Numbered from the whole stretch's first letter, positions 12,339 through 24,632 are shown. The stretch: DNA of 63,963 bases, filler included, from Basidioascus undulatus (GCA_000826855.1; 12 parts of 12 records of this genome joined end to end with filler, not necessarily neighbours in it); one strand, 5' to 3'. A program made the numbers and translations. Notes: generated by a model from the letters alone, not told the origin.

Positions 12339-13678
12339 ATGAACGCGATCTCCTTCTATATCCCCCTTGGCGTTCCCAAACGCGGTGAGCTCATCCGAGA
12401 GCTCAAGGACGCCGGCGTGCATCTCGTTGCGCGCCCGGGCGAGGCCAAGGTGGTCGTCTGCCCGGATGCAGAATGGCCGGAGGACGGAAGCCCGAAGAGG
12501 AGGAGTATCTGCTGGGCGAGAGGGTTTATTGGACTGGTGGTCGAGGGAGCAGAGGCAGTACAATGCATCGTTTGAAACGAGGCTAAGCATCTCGGGACTC
12601 ACGACAGCGCCGGTTACAGGGAACCTACAGCCCCCCATGTTCTTGTCAGACATCCCCCTAGGACTTCTCGGAACCCGCTCAGAGTTCGTCCCAAGCCTTC
12701 CACCGCGCTCTACTCCAACCCCGATCTTCGCGCTGTCGCCGTCGTGGCCGCTCTCGACGTGGCTCCAGCTCTCCGAGAAGTCCATCCGCCACTCGGTCTT
12801 GCGGATCCTTTGGTGCTCATATCATTTTAGATCCCCCATTTCCGATATCTGTAAGAACCTTTCTCGCGAACTGGCGATCCTTTCAGGCGAAGGGCGCTTT
12901 CGTTACGCCAAACATCGCCGACGCTGCGCTGGTCGTGCTCGACCTCGCTTCGCCCGACGCGAGCGTGATGGCCATCCAAGCACACCTAGATGCCCATATC
13001 TGGGGCTTTGTCTGGGTGCTAGCGAGCGCCGAGAAGGGAGAAAGGCTCCGCGGCAGCGAGTGGGACGTGAAGTTCAAGGATGCGGGGGCAGGTGAGGCAC
13101 AGGCTGTCGCGAAAGTGAACACGAGCTTACGGCAAAAGTAAGTCACGATTACTTCTTCCTGGACTTGCCCGACTAAATGATCTGCTTGAGAGCAGAGGCG
13201 ATGGCTGGACGAAGCAGGAGCTCGCTCGCATCGCCGAGTACCGGCTGCGGTACCCTTCCAAATCGTAGGCGGTGCGAGCTCTCGCAAGAGATGTGCTCCA
13301 ATGATTTAGTTTTCTTGAATTTCAGGGCTTCCTTCGTCCTCGCTGACTTCTGAGGGGTTCATCGAGCAGTATCCCAGCCGCAGCCTTGGCACTTACCAGT
13401 CTGCATGGATCCGCCACAAGCCGGAGCTCGACAAGCTCATGCTCGAAGTCCAGGTGCCCATTGTCCAAAGCTCCTCGGTAGAAGACTGGGGGCCAGATGG
13501 AAATGTTGGGAAGGCGCTGCGGGCGGTCGAGGCAGAGCAGACGCTGGGCCGCTACGGGACGGCGATGGTCCCGGGACCTGTTTTGACGGCGAACAGGAGG
13601 CCGAGCAGCCTCAAGCGGCCCGACCGAGAAAATGACAAGAGGGTGAAGTTCGACTTATGTAAGCTGCTTCTTCTCTGA
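12339..13678 (+). pseudogene. Rap1-like BRCT-BRCT-Myb paralog, copy B (one in-frame TAG)
   Basis: MNAISFYIPLGVPKRGELIRELKDAGVHLVARPGEAKVVVC; AKGAFVTPNIADAALVVLD...IWGFVWVLASAEKGERL; Myb-like GWTKQELARIAEYRLRYPSKS*AVRALARD|YPSRSLGTYQSAWIRHK with TAG at 13266-13268. Confidence 0.7.
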
Positions 13679-14483
13679 ACTTTCTACTATCGCCTTCTCC
13701 GACCGAGAGAGCCGCTCATTCTCTGCACATAGACCGTAGCTGGGACAGGCGCAACAGTACGCGCAGCGGCTCTTTCTTCTCTGACGATGATATCTGCGCT
13801 TACAGTGAGCGTCATTGCTCTGACCAACTTCCAGGACCATCCCAGAAGCAGTTCCGAAGCTCATGGAGCGCAGCGCCGCGCCCATAATCCACTACACTTG
13901 CGGGTACGCAGCTTCCCCTTCACGCGACTGAGTCCGGTATAACAAGATTGAAACTTATCTTTCTGTACCCGCATTCCTTCCTCTAGGCATATAGCCTGGA
14001 CTGCCGAGGATAACGTCCTGCCCAATATTTTAGTTTAAAGGAGGGTAGCTGACCCTCTGCGGTACAGCATCCGTACAGGACCGTCGCAGCTTAGACAGCC
14101 GGGCACTACCAGCACGCCGATGCAGTAAAGACTCAGATGGGGAAGGCGAAGAAGCGCTCGAGGGGCGGGGCCACGCTTGAATGGGCTGTAGTCATAATGA
14201 ACTTTGAGACGTGTACAAGCCTGAGGCCCTTACGGTTCGTGCATGGCATCCTGCGGAGATGTCTGTCGTTGCCCAAAAGTGCTCGCTGCGTACCTTTTTG
14301 AAGCACCAGCAACACCCAGTACGATAGTTCAAGCCCTGCAGGCCCTTTTGGTCTATTTTAAACCATTTTCCACCGTGGAGCAGGTTACAGGTTCCCTGCC
14401 TTGCGTCCCCGAGAGAGCCGACCGCGCACCACGACTGAAAGCTGTGCGGCAACACTTCTTTTTAGGACGCGTCAAGCGGCAGG

Positions 14484-15341
14484 TCACATTGATTTCGGCT
14501 TCGGAACAGCCTGCCAAGTCTTCCTTCTCTGGACCTTTTCAAACCATATCGCAAGTTCCTCTCCTCCCTCTCCATCCCGCCAGCCGACCTCTCCAAACTT
14601 CGACGACACGTACCACAGCGCCGCCGCAGTCGCGATGCCCGGCAGGCTCAGCACCTCGTCCTCGTTCTCGGGGTCTCCCAGCTCGAGATCGGTAGCGAGC
14701 CCCGGTATGCACCGGGCGAGGTGCACTTTATGCATCTCGAGCCAGGCTTGCGAGTGCAGATGCTCTTGGGGCTTCGATGCAAGAAGACCCAGCGTGAGCA
14801 ATGGATAGTGGGATAGTGACAGGAAAATGAGCGCACGCGGAGAATGGCTTCTTGGCGGATGTGATATGCGGTCGAGAGGAGGTCATCGGCTAGCGTGGCT
14901 TGCGAGAGGTGCAGGAAGCGCTTGCTGGTTGTAGCTGGTGGGAGGAGCCGGGCCGAGGGCGCGATGAAGTCGAGGTATTGTACGATGGTGGCATGTCCGT
15001 GTATGGAGATGGACGACGGGAGCTCTAAGGTGGGAAGCTAAACAAAAAGAAACTCGATCAGAATTCGGGGTATCGAGCGAAATGAGAATCGGAATGCGGA
15101 CTTTGTGTACGGATACAGGCTCGACGTCCTTCTTGTCGCTATCTATCCTCCCGTGGGATGAGCTTATCGAAGGAGCGTGGGTTAAAGCGTACGAACGGGA
15201 CTCCTCCTGCATCACGATGTTATCCAGGATGCCGAGCTCCGACGCGGCGAAGAGAACCTTCACATTGAAGGGGGAGGCTCGCGGGGAGCGGAGGATGAGC
15301 CGCGGGACCGCGCTCGCCTGCGGGGTTGTCGATAGTGGCAT
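14484..15341 (-). CDS. Glutathione S-transferase-like protein, multi-exon
   Basis: N-domain SPRASPFNVKVLFAASELGI and IVQYLD; C-domain LSLPGIATAAALWYV...WRDGEGGEELAIWFEKVQRRKTW. Confidence 0.65.
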
Positions 15342-15712
15342 GATCAGGTTTAAAAGTGATTGACATCGGGCGTGAAAGTAGTCAATCGGCCACCGGAGGA
15401 GGTCCGTCAGATGAAAAGATGGCGGAGAGGCGAAAGGGTGACGGTAGCATGCCCCGCGAGTTAGTTCGTCGGCTGCCTGTGCCACGAGCATCTTTGTTAG
15501 GAAGTGTATCACTTGTTGGCAGCCAAATATCGACGGTATCTCGAGGGCGAAGGCATTTGAGAAGGCCCTTTGCAGTTTGACGCGATGGTGAGAGTCGCTC
15601 GGCAACGGCAACCCAGCTCGGCGCGATCGCTCCCCAGGTCTCCTCCACCCTGCCATCACCTACCATCGCTTCACTTATCATCTTTATCTCATATCGCACC
15701 ATAAAACTCACG

Positions 15713-16710
15713 ATGATACACTCAGTCATGATATTCAACAATCAGGGCAAGCCGCGTCTGACGACCTTCTACTCGCTGCCCGTCTCCGCGTCGATCCCTG
15801 CCCAGCAGGCCCTCGTCTCGCAGGTGCACAGGCTCGTGTCCGAACGGCCGGACGGCGTCGTCTGCAACTTCCTCGATGTTGACGACGATCGAAGAGTTGT
15901 TTACCGGCATTACGCAACGCTGTACTTTGCGATGGTGGTGGATCGGGGGGAGAGTGAGCTGGGAGTGCTGGACTTAATTCAGGTGAGTGCGACAGGTCGA
16001 TATGGGAAGTGGATTGTTCTTGCAATGGGAAGATGCGTCATGGAACTGGGACAATCATTATGAACCCTATACTTCTGGACGGGTAGAGGTCAAACAGTGG
16101 TGGCTGGAGAGGTGCTTCCGCTCGTCCCCGGGCGTAACTATGTCTTCGATCGCGTCTGAGCCTCAGTCGCTCGAAGCTGCGCCCACGGAAGCGTACCAGT
16201 CCACTCACCCAAACGCTTTTGTCATGCCCTGACGCTTACACACTTTCCTGGAATAGGTGTTCGTGGAAGCTCTAGATCGCTCATTCGAGAACGTCTGCGA
16301 GCTCGACCTCATCTTCCACTTCGACGAGGTCTGTCGGTGTTCCTCTCTACGCACAAGCTCCCGTCTGACATTCAATATCGCGCAGGTCCACCACATCCTC
16401 TCAGAAATAATTCAAGCCGGCCTGGTAGTTGAAACGAACCTGCAAGAAATCACGCATGCAGGTAAGCGCGCCTCCCCCAACTTCCCATCTTGCGCCGCCG
16501 GTAGCGCCATGCTGATGTGAGGAGAGCGGGGGGCATCCAGTGAGCTACGGAGCAAAGCAAAGAAAGGCGTCGCAGGCTTCTGGGTCGGCGCTGCCGCTGG
16601 CGGCGGCAGCAGGCGGGAGCTCGGGTGGAGGGGTCGGCGGGATTTTGAGTAGCGCGTTGGTAGGGGGCAGGGGCGGGGGTTGGTTGAGCGCTATGGGCGG
16701 GCGAAGATAG
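15713..16710 (+). CDS. APS3: AP-3 adaptor complex sigma subunit, 4 exons
   Basis: MIHSVMIFNNQGKPRL...VYRHYATLYF...ESELGVLDLIQ|VFVEALDRSFENVCELDLIFHFDE|VHHILSEII; stop TAG at 16708-16710. Confidence 0.92.
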
Positions 16711-19700
16711 CATGAAGTGATAAGCGGACCATACGCTTTGTGTCGTTTGAGCGGAGCAGGAGATGGCCGATCAGCGACAGCAGCTTGTTCGCACTGGGCC
16801 CAAAGCAGGTATATTCCGACAGAACGCGGATATACACAGCTTGGCATCACATGAGAAATCCGGTTAGAATGGCGTATCCGAGAATTGCATTTACAGGACT
16901 ACATGCTTTTCCGCGTGCCTGAATGCAAAGCGCCATTCGCGACTGCGACGACAACGCGCTCGGAAAGACGTCCCAAGTTACGAAGCATCCCAAAACCGGT
17001 GCAGTCTTAGATAGACTTTCAGGCGTCGGGAACAGCATGGATGGACCTTATTGAGGTAGCGGCCTGCACTAGTCCTCGGCATCCCCGACGTCGCCACCAG
17101 TTCACCACCATCGCGTCGCAGCGCACTCGGCTCTCAAAGCCCACGACCTGGAGAGATTCGAGCGCCGTAGCACAAGACAGCGCGACGAACGCCTGTCCGT
17201 CTGCAAACGCTCGCGCGAGGTCGACCTTGACGCGGGGCAGGGTCTGCGCTCTGTGAACGGTATCCCGATGAAATTAGCCTATAATGGAATATCGACACGC
17301 GGATTCCAGGGCAGAACGCAGCGGTGGAACACGCACTGTGACTTGTCTATGAAGGAAGAAGCCAGTCAGCGCAGGGTCGACAGTGTACGCTGCGTTGCGA
17401 CGTTGGATCGTGAGCGCCCATGCCAGGATCAACGGCACCTGCAGCCGAGTAGCTTCCACTGAAGATGAGGGAGGGTCGGAGTAGATTTTTGGCTCCACAA
17501 CCTAATAGGTAAACGCAGGTCTTCTCGCAAGGGTGCAAGTGGGCATTCGCACGGTAGGAGCTGATCGCGCGAAGAGGCTTCGCACGCGGCTGCGCGCCTT
17601 CTGGGCTCGGCTGCAGGCGGCCAGATCCCCGACGCGCCGTCTGGTTCTAGGATTACCAAGATTATTCGTTCGAAATTAGGAGATCGGGCGGTATACCTTG
17701 GACATTTCCTGAATCGCGTCAACACCGCGAGACCTACAGACGAGAGGAGACGACGGACCCCGCGAATGCTTTGTACCAGCTCGCAGACCCGAAACCGACG
17801 ACGAGTTGGGAATTGCGTAGTGCAGGGAGACTAGAAAGGACTGTGTGGTGGTCTGTGTGATTGCCTTGTGATGGTGAGGTGGCAGGAGGCGGAGCACGGC
17901 CGCTCTCGAGGGCGGTTGAGGGGCGTATGCAAACGCGTCCGATGCACGTTGACTTCCATTCAAACGAAGGAGGCGCGTCGAGCCGCTGCAGAGGCGGTCC
18001 CTTCAAAAGTCCTTACTCGCACTGCGACTTTTCGCTCACACGCTTGTGGGGCTCGATTGACAGTCAAAAGTTCAATCTGAAAATTCATGGAACGTACAGG
18101 CCGACATTCATTCGAACACATCAGGAAAGCATCTAATATAACGCAGGCACGTCCCAATACAACAGCACTGCTACAGCACCACCATCGACAGAGCCGCAAC
18201 TTCTTGGGCTCTCTGCGCTTAGTCCTTGCCAGCTGGCTTCCCGTCCTGTGCACCTTGACGGCCGGTTAAGCCTACCGTCAATGCTCTTCTCAGCGTCCCG
18301 CTTGAGATACTCGGCATACTCCAGGCGTGTCTTGTCGAGGTCAACAGGTAAAGGAGTACATACGCGAAGCCCGGCAAGGCTTTGAGAGAGCTATAGCATC
18401 TGGAAGAATTCACAATGATTATATTCCTCACCGAAGCAGAAAGTGAAGCCGGAGTGAGTCCCGCCCGTCCGGTCAATGATGGCCTGAGTTACGAACGGAC
18501 CTTGTGTACAGCGCGACGATGTCAGTAGCATCTTGCAAAAGGTGTACGAAAAGGCGTTAGCCTTATGAAGGCACTAGTTTTGCTAGAGGAAATGAAGTCA
18601 ATCTTAGGGGTGTAAGGGGCGAAGACCAATTGAGCCCCTACTTGAAAAATGAATACAGCGACCACAGGTACTCTAGCGAGCAACCTTGTCAGCGCGACAT
18701 ATCACGAATCCAAGGCAATAATACTCATCCTTGCCGTGAGGGCAAACCTCCGACATCATGATAGAGTAGTAGCTGTAGTACGGAGCTCTGTCACCCAACA
18801 TTTGCATCAGGACCAGGTCACGCCGCGGCAGAGCGGTTCACCCACACAAGCAATCCGAAGAGGGCGTTATACACGTAAATCTCCCTTTTGACTGAAGAGA
18901 GTCGCTGTGTAAGCAGTCAGGAAGAAAGTCTTGTAGGATGAGAATTACAAGCCGAATTTAGGCGTCCACCATCCGATAAACCCCCACAGTTGGATATAGC
19001 ACGATGAATGTGTTAATGTGTTACAGACTTAGAAGGCGGTTTTGGTAGAGCATCTGAACTTTTCCTGGACGAACCAGAACATGTACATGGCAATGGAAGA
19101 CCTGCAGGGCATTTTCAGCCCACTCTGTATGTTGCATGCAGGTTAACACTTACGTCGCGGCCTGGATCATGTTGAGGTAGATCTGAAGAGCCAGTATAGA
19201 TCAGCCATGCCTGATGAGGAAAGATACTTATAGTTTGAGCGGAGCTTACAGGCTGCGAGGCATTAAAACTAACAAGCTCGTTCTGGACGGTGCTCTCTAG
19301 TGATGGACTGTAAGATGGAAGACTCGTCAAGTTCCGCCCTGCAACAGTCGTGAGCGGCATCGGGACTGACAGTGTTCAAGGCGTCCCTTAAGGCAGGTAG
19401 AACAGGTGAGCTTTCCGTATTTCTCAAATTAAGAAATGAGCATCTTACCTTGAGGTGAGTGGCATTCCAAACGTCGCAGGGAACTGCATCTCACTATGAG
19501 GATGGCGCCTACTCCAGGATGTTAGCTGGTATCACACTCAGGAAGGACAACCTTTCCCATGTACCAGTAGCGAGCCGAAAAGAATGAACAAGATCGACTG
19601 GATGACAAAGGAAAGGCCAGATGCGATCAGGACAACCGAGTTGGTATTGTGACTGGTTGAGTCCAGGAGTGAGTATTTTCAAATGTGTGTTATGACCAAG

Positions 19701-20374
19701 ACGAAAGCGACACACGTTATTCCCATGAAATAGATTCGGCCCAGGTCTCTTCACGAGTCGTCGTCACAACCGTACCGGCTCCGAAAAGAGTCTGCGGTGC
19801 AGCTTCCTGTACTGACAAAACCCTCGCGAGCGATCCGCTTGTAGGGGGAGAATGGTAGACCTTTCATATCTTCTCCAGGAGAAGTAATAGCTGTGTGGGC
19901 TGGCATGAGGGGGCAAATGTGAATGTAGAATTAGGAGAATGAGTGCGGATGCGAGTCCGTCGAGTACTTAACCAGCATCACTCGGTGGACTTATCGGGAC
20001 CCGTCTGGCCTGGACTGATAGGCATGACCTAAGCAAGGCAATGCAGCAATAAGCACGCCGTCAATTCGGTGGACTTCCCGTCAAGGCGTCCCGAATACTG
20101 CACGCGGACGGCTAAAGACACAAGTAGCCGTCGCCTGCTGCTAAGGTAATTAACCGCAACTGAATCCAGCAACCGGATGAAACAGTTCACGATTGGTCAA
20201 ATACCAGGATAAAGGTTGTTGCGTTCTTATCGTGATGCGAGGTCGGTATCTTTGCCGATGCAAGACGGACACGTCAGCCATCGCAGCGCCAGCGAGCGTG
20301 TCTTGCGATTCAAGAGGACTTGCGTCGTGACCGTCTGTCTCCAGTCTTCCTCAAGCATCTCCCCCACCTCTCAC

Positions 20375-22190
20375 TCGAAACGCAACCCCATCCCCAGCGC
20401 GCAATCTGCAGGGAACGATCTCAACAAGGTGCGTTTCGTGCGATGTTGCACAACAGCGGCGCGCCGACCTTTCCGTTGGTGACCAGATCGCAAGCAACAC
20501 GCAGTACTCGAACCCGTTCCATGCAGAGCTTTGCGCAGAGGCTATCGAGACATGGGCCTCGGACGAGACGTTTAAGCCGTACTACCACAACACCGGCGCG
20601 GTGCGCATGCGGACTTCTGCCAACTCGGTCCCTAACAATCTGACTCCGGCTCTCCAGATCGACGCTGTAAGCGGAAGTGAGGAGGGGGTGAAGAATCTCC
20701 GTGGCACGCTGGAAGCCCAGCTTGGGTTCGGGGCGCCTGTGAAGTGGCTCGACACGGAGGAGGACTTCGTCAAGCATGTCCCGCAGCTGAAAGACGCGAA
20801 CATCAAGGTTCGCCGAGCTGCATCCACTAGGGGTGCCGCAACTTGTGCTGAACATCTTTATCTTTCAATTCTCTGCAGGGATGGAAGGGCGTCTGGAACC
20901 CCGTCGGCGGCTGGGTGGCCGCCCGCGACGCACTCGATTCGGTGGGCCGCGAGCTGGCACATCGCGGCGTTCGTTTCACCTCGGGCCCGTACGCAGTCGG
21001 ATTTTACCCTTGGATCCTTAGGTCGCTAATGAAAGTATTTTCAGTTCCGGGACGTTCAAGTTGCCTATTCTCTCGGACGACAAGACGCGCTGCATTGGTG
21101 TAATTGCCGAGGACGGCACAGAGTATCTAGCCGACCGAGTCGTCGTTGCGGCCGGTGCATGGACGCCGAGCCTCATCGACCTCAAGGGACAATGCCTGTC
21201 CAAGGTGAGTGAGCAGGACGTCTATACAGCTCGAATATTCTCCTGACAATGTTTCAAACCTGCAGTGCTGGGTGCTGTCGCATCTCCCACTGGCTCCCGA
21301 AGAGGTCGAGTTCTACAAAGGCTGTCCGGTTGTGTACAACGCCGACGTGGTAAGTGTCACGACGGTCTTATAATTTCCTCTCAATTACATCGGTCTGACT
21401 GCGGCTTTCATATCAGGGTTTCTTCTTCGAGGCCTCCGGCAACGACCAGATCAAGATCTGCGATGAGTTCCCAGGTCAGCCTTCCCGCTTTCTTCAATCA
21501 ATTTGCAATTGCGTCATGTGCTCATAATAGGATCTCCAGGCTTCACTCACTTTGTCGATGGGGTCACGCCTTTCGGAGCGAGCGAAGCGACTCGCATTTC
21601 GGTCCCTCGCTCGCACGCGGCGAACCCGACCGACACCGTCCCAACCGAGTCGATCACGACCATGAGCGCCGTGGTCGAGAGCATGCTGCCGCGGCTCGTT
21701 GGGCGGTCGCTGATCAACCAGAAGATGTGCTGGTGCACTGGTTAGTATGGCTGCCTATCACGATCCTTTCCTTTTGCTGATGCGCTTTTCACGCACGACA
21801 GACACCGCTGACCGCTGCTGGCTCATCACGGAACATCCCGACCTGAGGGGACTGACGGTTGCGTCGGGCGACAGCGGGTAAGCCGTTTCACATTGTCCGG
21901 GATACCTCAATGCGTTCTCTTCTGATCGTCAACCTCACTGCCCAGGCACTGCTTCGTCTTCCTTCCAATCGTCGGCAAATACATTGCGGACCTGCTTGAA
22001 GGCACAGTGCGTTGATTGTCTCCCTTTCATCCCTTTCCAAGTTGGAACGTGCCGTATTCTTCCTTAGCTCTCCGAGGAGAAGGCTTTCAAGTGGCGCTGG
22101 CGCCCAGGCGAGGGCGACCCGTCTCGCAGCGCCGGGCGGGACGTCACCTCGCAGGACATCAACGACCTGGATGGGTGGAAGCACGACTAG
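20375..22190 (+). CDS. FAD-dependent fructosyl-amine oxidase / sarcosine-oxidase family enzyme; N-terminal exon(s) not found
   Basis: PSAQSAGNDLNK, ADRVVVAAGAWTPSLIDL, GFFFE...IKICDEFP|GFT, MCWCT|DTAD..WLITEHP, SGDSG|HCFVFLPIVGKYI, WRWRPG; about 11 GT-AG introns; TAG at 22188-22190. Confidence 0.85.
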
Positions 22191-22604
22191 GTGTAACTGC
22201 AAAAACTTGTATACCTGACACCAAATTCATTCAAAACGAGGCAAAGACACCTTGCGTGCAAGTGGTAGCCAGCTCCAGCTGGCGAGCGAGCACTGCCATC
22301 CGCTCGTACCAACTTGCCGTAATTTTGTGACACCTGATGTACAAAAGGTTCGACTTGAAGATTCCATCATGGCATTAGGCTGCTATTGATGGACATACTC
22401 GCAGAAACGAAACATTGCGGTCCAAAGCACAACCGCCAGCAGCCAAACAGCCCCACGCAGACGAGCACAAGCTATCGAAAGTAAAGGTGACCATCGTAGT
22501 GTCGTGACGTATCAAGCGGGAATCACAAGCTAGGTATACATAAAGCGGTATCGAACTATCCCCCCTCCCCATCATCGATTGCCCATCAACCCTCTCTCTG
22601 TCTC

Positions 22605-24480
22605 TCATCCCCCTGCTGCAGCCGCGGCCCGCGCCTGCAACCTTTCCCTTAGCGCATCCACGCGCGGCCGCAAGCGCGCTTCTGCCGCCTGAAGTACTCG
22701 TGCCAGGACTTCCACGAGTGGTGAGAGTGCTGGGGTCCCCAATCGTATTACCAGCGCTGTCAGTTCCAGGATTGGGGGAGAAGAGATAGGAAGGGGGAAG
22801 AGAGGGTTGAAGGGTGAAGGGAAAACGGGGGAAAGAGGGGAGAAGAGAGGCAGACGGACCGTCTCTACCAAGTTGTGGAACGTCGCATAGTCCGACTGGG
22901 CGGGGTCGGCGCGGGCGATGTACTGTGCGTATTCCGTTCCCCGAGTGAATGAGCGTCCGATGGATCAAGGAAGTCGGAAAGGGGGTGTGGGAAGAGAGGA
23001 AGAAAGGAGATGCGCACCTTGATAAGCAGCCTATCATCGTCCTCCGAAAACGTCACAAACCGACGCTTCCCTCTTGGCTTTCCAGTCCTGCAAAACCCCG
23101 CCCAAACCCAATCAGTCTCAACCCCCCCTTCTCTTGCCTAGAAGAGCGACGCACGATCCCTTCTTCCCGAACTCCCCATCGCTGTCCTCTTCTTCTTTCC
23201 CATACTCCTCATCCTCGTCCTCGCCCTCGCCCTCGCCCTCGCCCTCGCCCTCGCCCACGCCCTCGCCCTCGCCCTCGTCCTCGTCTTCCTCCACCTCCCC
23301 GCCCTCCACGCCCCTCAGCGCATTCACGCGCAGCTGGAGTTGCGCCTTCTGTCGTCGCCAGCGCTGATTCCAGGAGTCGGAGGAGTGGTGCGGGTGCTGC
23401 CATCGGGCTCATCAGTATCGTGGTAAGACTTAAACAATGAAAGAGGTGGCAGGAGAGGAGGGGAAGGAAGCGAGGAAAGGAAGGAGCGAAACTGGGGAAA
23501 GGAAGAAAGAAGGAAGACGCACCTCTTCCCCCAGCGCTTGGAAGACCAAGCGGTCGAGCGCGAAGGCCGGGAAGCGGGCGACGTGCTGCATCGCGAGGAT
23601 GGGTGGGTGAGTGGGTGGCCTAACAAAGAAGGAACAGGAAGACGGGAAAGTACCTGGACCAGGAGTTCGTCGTCCGACTCTGTGAAGGGTACGAGGCGGC
23701 GCTTCTTCCTGCAGTCGGGATGGGGTGAGGCGAGGACTGCACACTGCGGACTGTGCAGAGTCCAAAAGTCAGGTGGAGAGAAGACGCACCTGTCCGGTTT
23801 CTCTTCCTCTCCCCCGTCCTCCTCCTTCCACTCCTGCCCCTCCCACTGTTCCCACTCCCACTCCTCTCCTTCCCCTTCAGCCTGCCCTTCCTCCTCCTCT
23901 TCCTTTTTCACCCCCAGTGCCACGGTGTACCTCCCCGGATGCGCGATCCTCTCCTGCGCGAACGAGCTCCTTGCCCACGCGAGATCCAGCACGGGCGGGG
24001 GTCGTCGGACGCCTCGAGGCGCTGGGCGATCGCCTGGAGCGCGGGCGCGGGGGAGGAACGGTCGACTAGGATGACGTCTGCTGTAAGCGGGTCGGAGGTC
24101 ACGGGGAGGGGGAGGGCGTGGCCGGCCTAGCTAGGTAGAGGGGTGAGGTGAGTCCTGAGGGGGAGGAACGGAGAAGGGAGAAAGTGGAAGCAGGGGAAGA
24201 GGCGCAGCACGCACTAGCAGAACTTGCACTACCCCTTCGCGGTTCGGTGCGTCCGCCTGCACCCACCTTGAGGGACTCGCCCGCCTTATCGACGAACACG
24301 CGCGTTGTACCGTCCCCCTCCCCCTCCTCCTTCTCTGCTCGCCGCCTCTTCTTCGGCAGAGATGGTTCGGCGGGGGTGGGCGACCTCGATGAAACGTTGG
24401 AGAGCGGGGACGAGTAGTGGCTGTCGCTGCTGCCCCCGCGGGCGGGTGCAGGGGGGAGGAGGAAGGAAGGCGGAGAGGTG
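22605..24480 (-). CDS. Rap1-like telomeric-protein homolog: BRCT + two Rap1-type Myb domains (copy C); several 1-2 nt frameshifts; start not resolved
   Basis: BRCT-like VFVDKAGESLKVWVQADAPNREGVVQVLL..ADVILVD..VLDLAWARSSFAQERI. Myb1 RLVPFTESDDELLVQ|HVARF...LGEE|HPHHSSDSWNQRWRRQK. Myb2 RFVTFSEDDDRLLIK|YIAR...LVET|HSHHSWKSWHEYFRRQK. Acidic linkers between domains. Confidence 0.75.
23205..23290. repeat. (CCCTCG)n hexamer microsatellite encoding a Glu-Gly/Glu-Asp acidic linker on the minus strand
   Basis: Tandem CCCTCG/TCCTCG units. Confidence 0.9.
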
Positions 24481-24532
24481 CTGCGACGTGAGCGAAATGC
24501 GAGGGTATGAAACTGTTCATCATTCGAATAAA

Positions 24533-24632
24533 NNNNNNNNNNNNNNNNNNNNNNNNNNNNNNNNNNNNNNNNNNNNTTAATTAATTAANNNNNNNNNNNN
24601 NNNNNNNNNNNNNNNNNNNNNNNNNNNNNNNN
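24533..24632. other. Artificial contig linker
   Basis: N44-TTAATTAATTAA-N44, giving stops in all six frames. Confidence 0.99.

Noticed and set aside
22949..23440. Arg-Pro / Ser-Pro / Arg-Gly dipeptide-repeat ORFs
   Set aside because: Alternative frames of the (CCCTCG)n microsatellite in the acidic linker of the BRCT-Myb gene.
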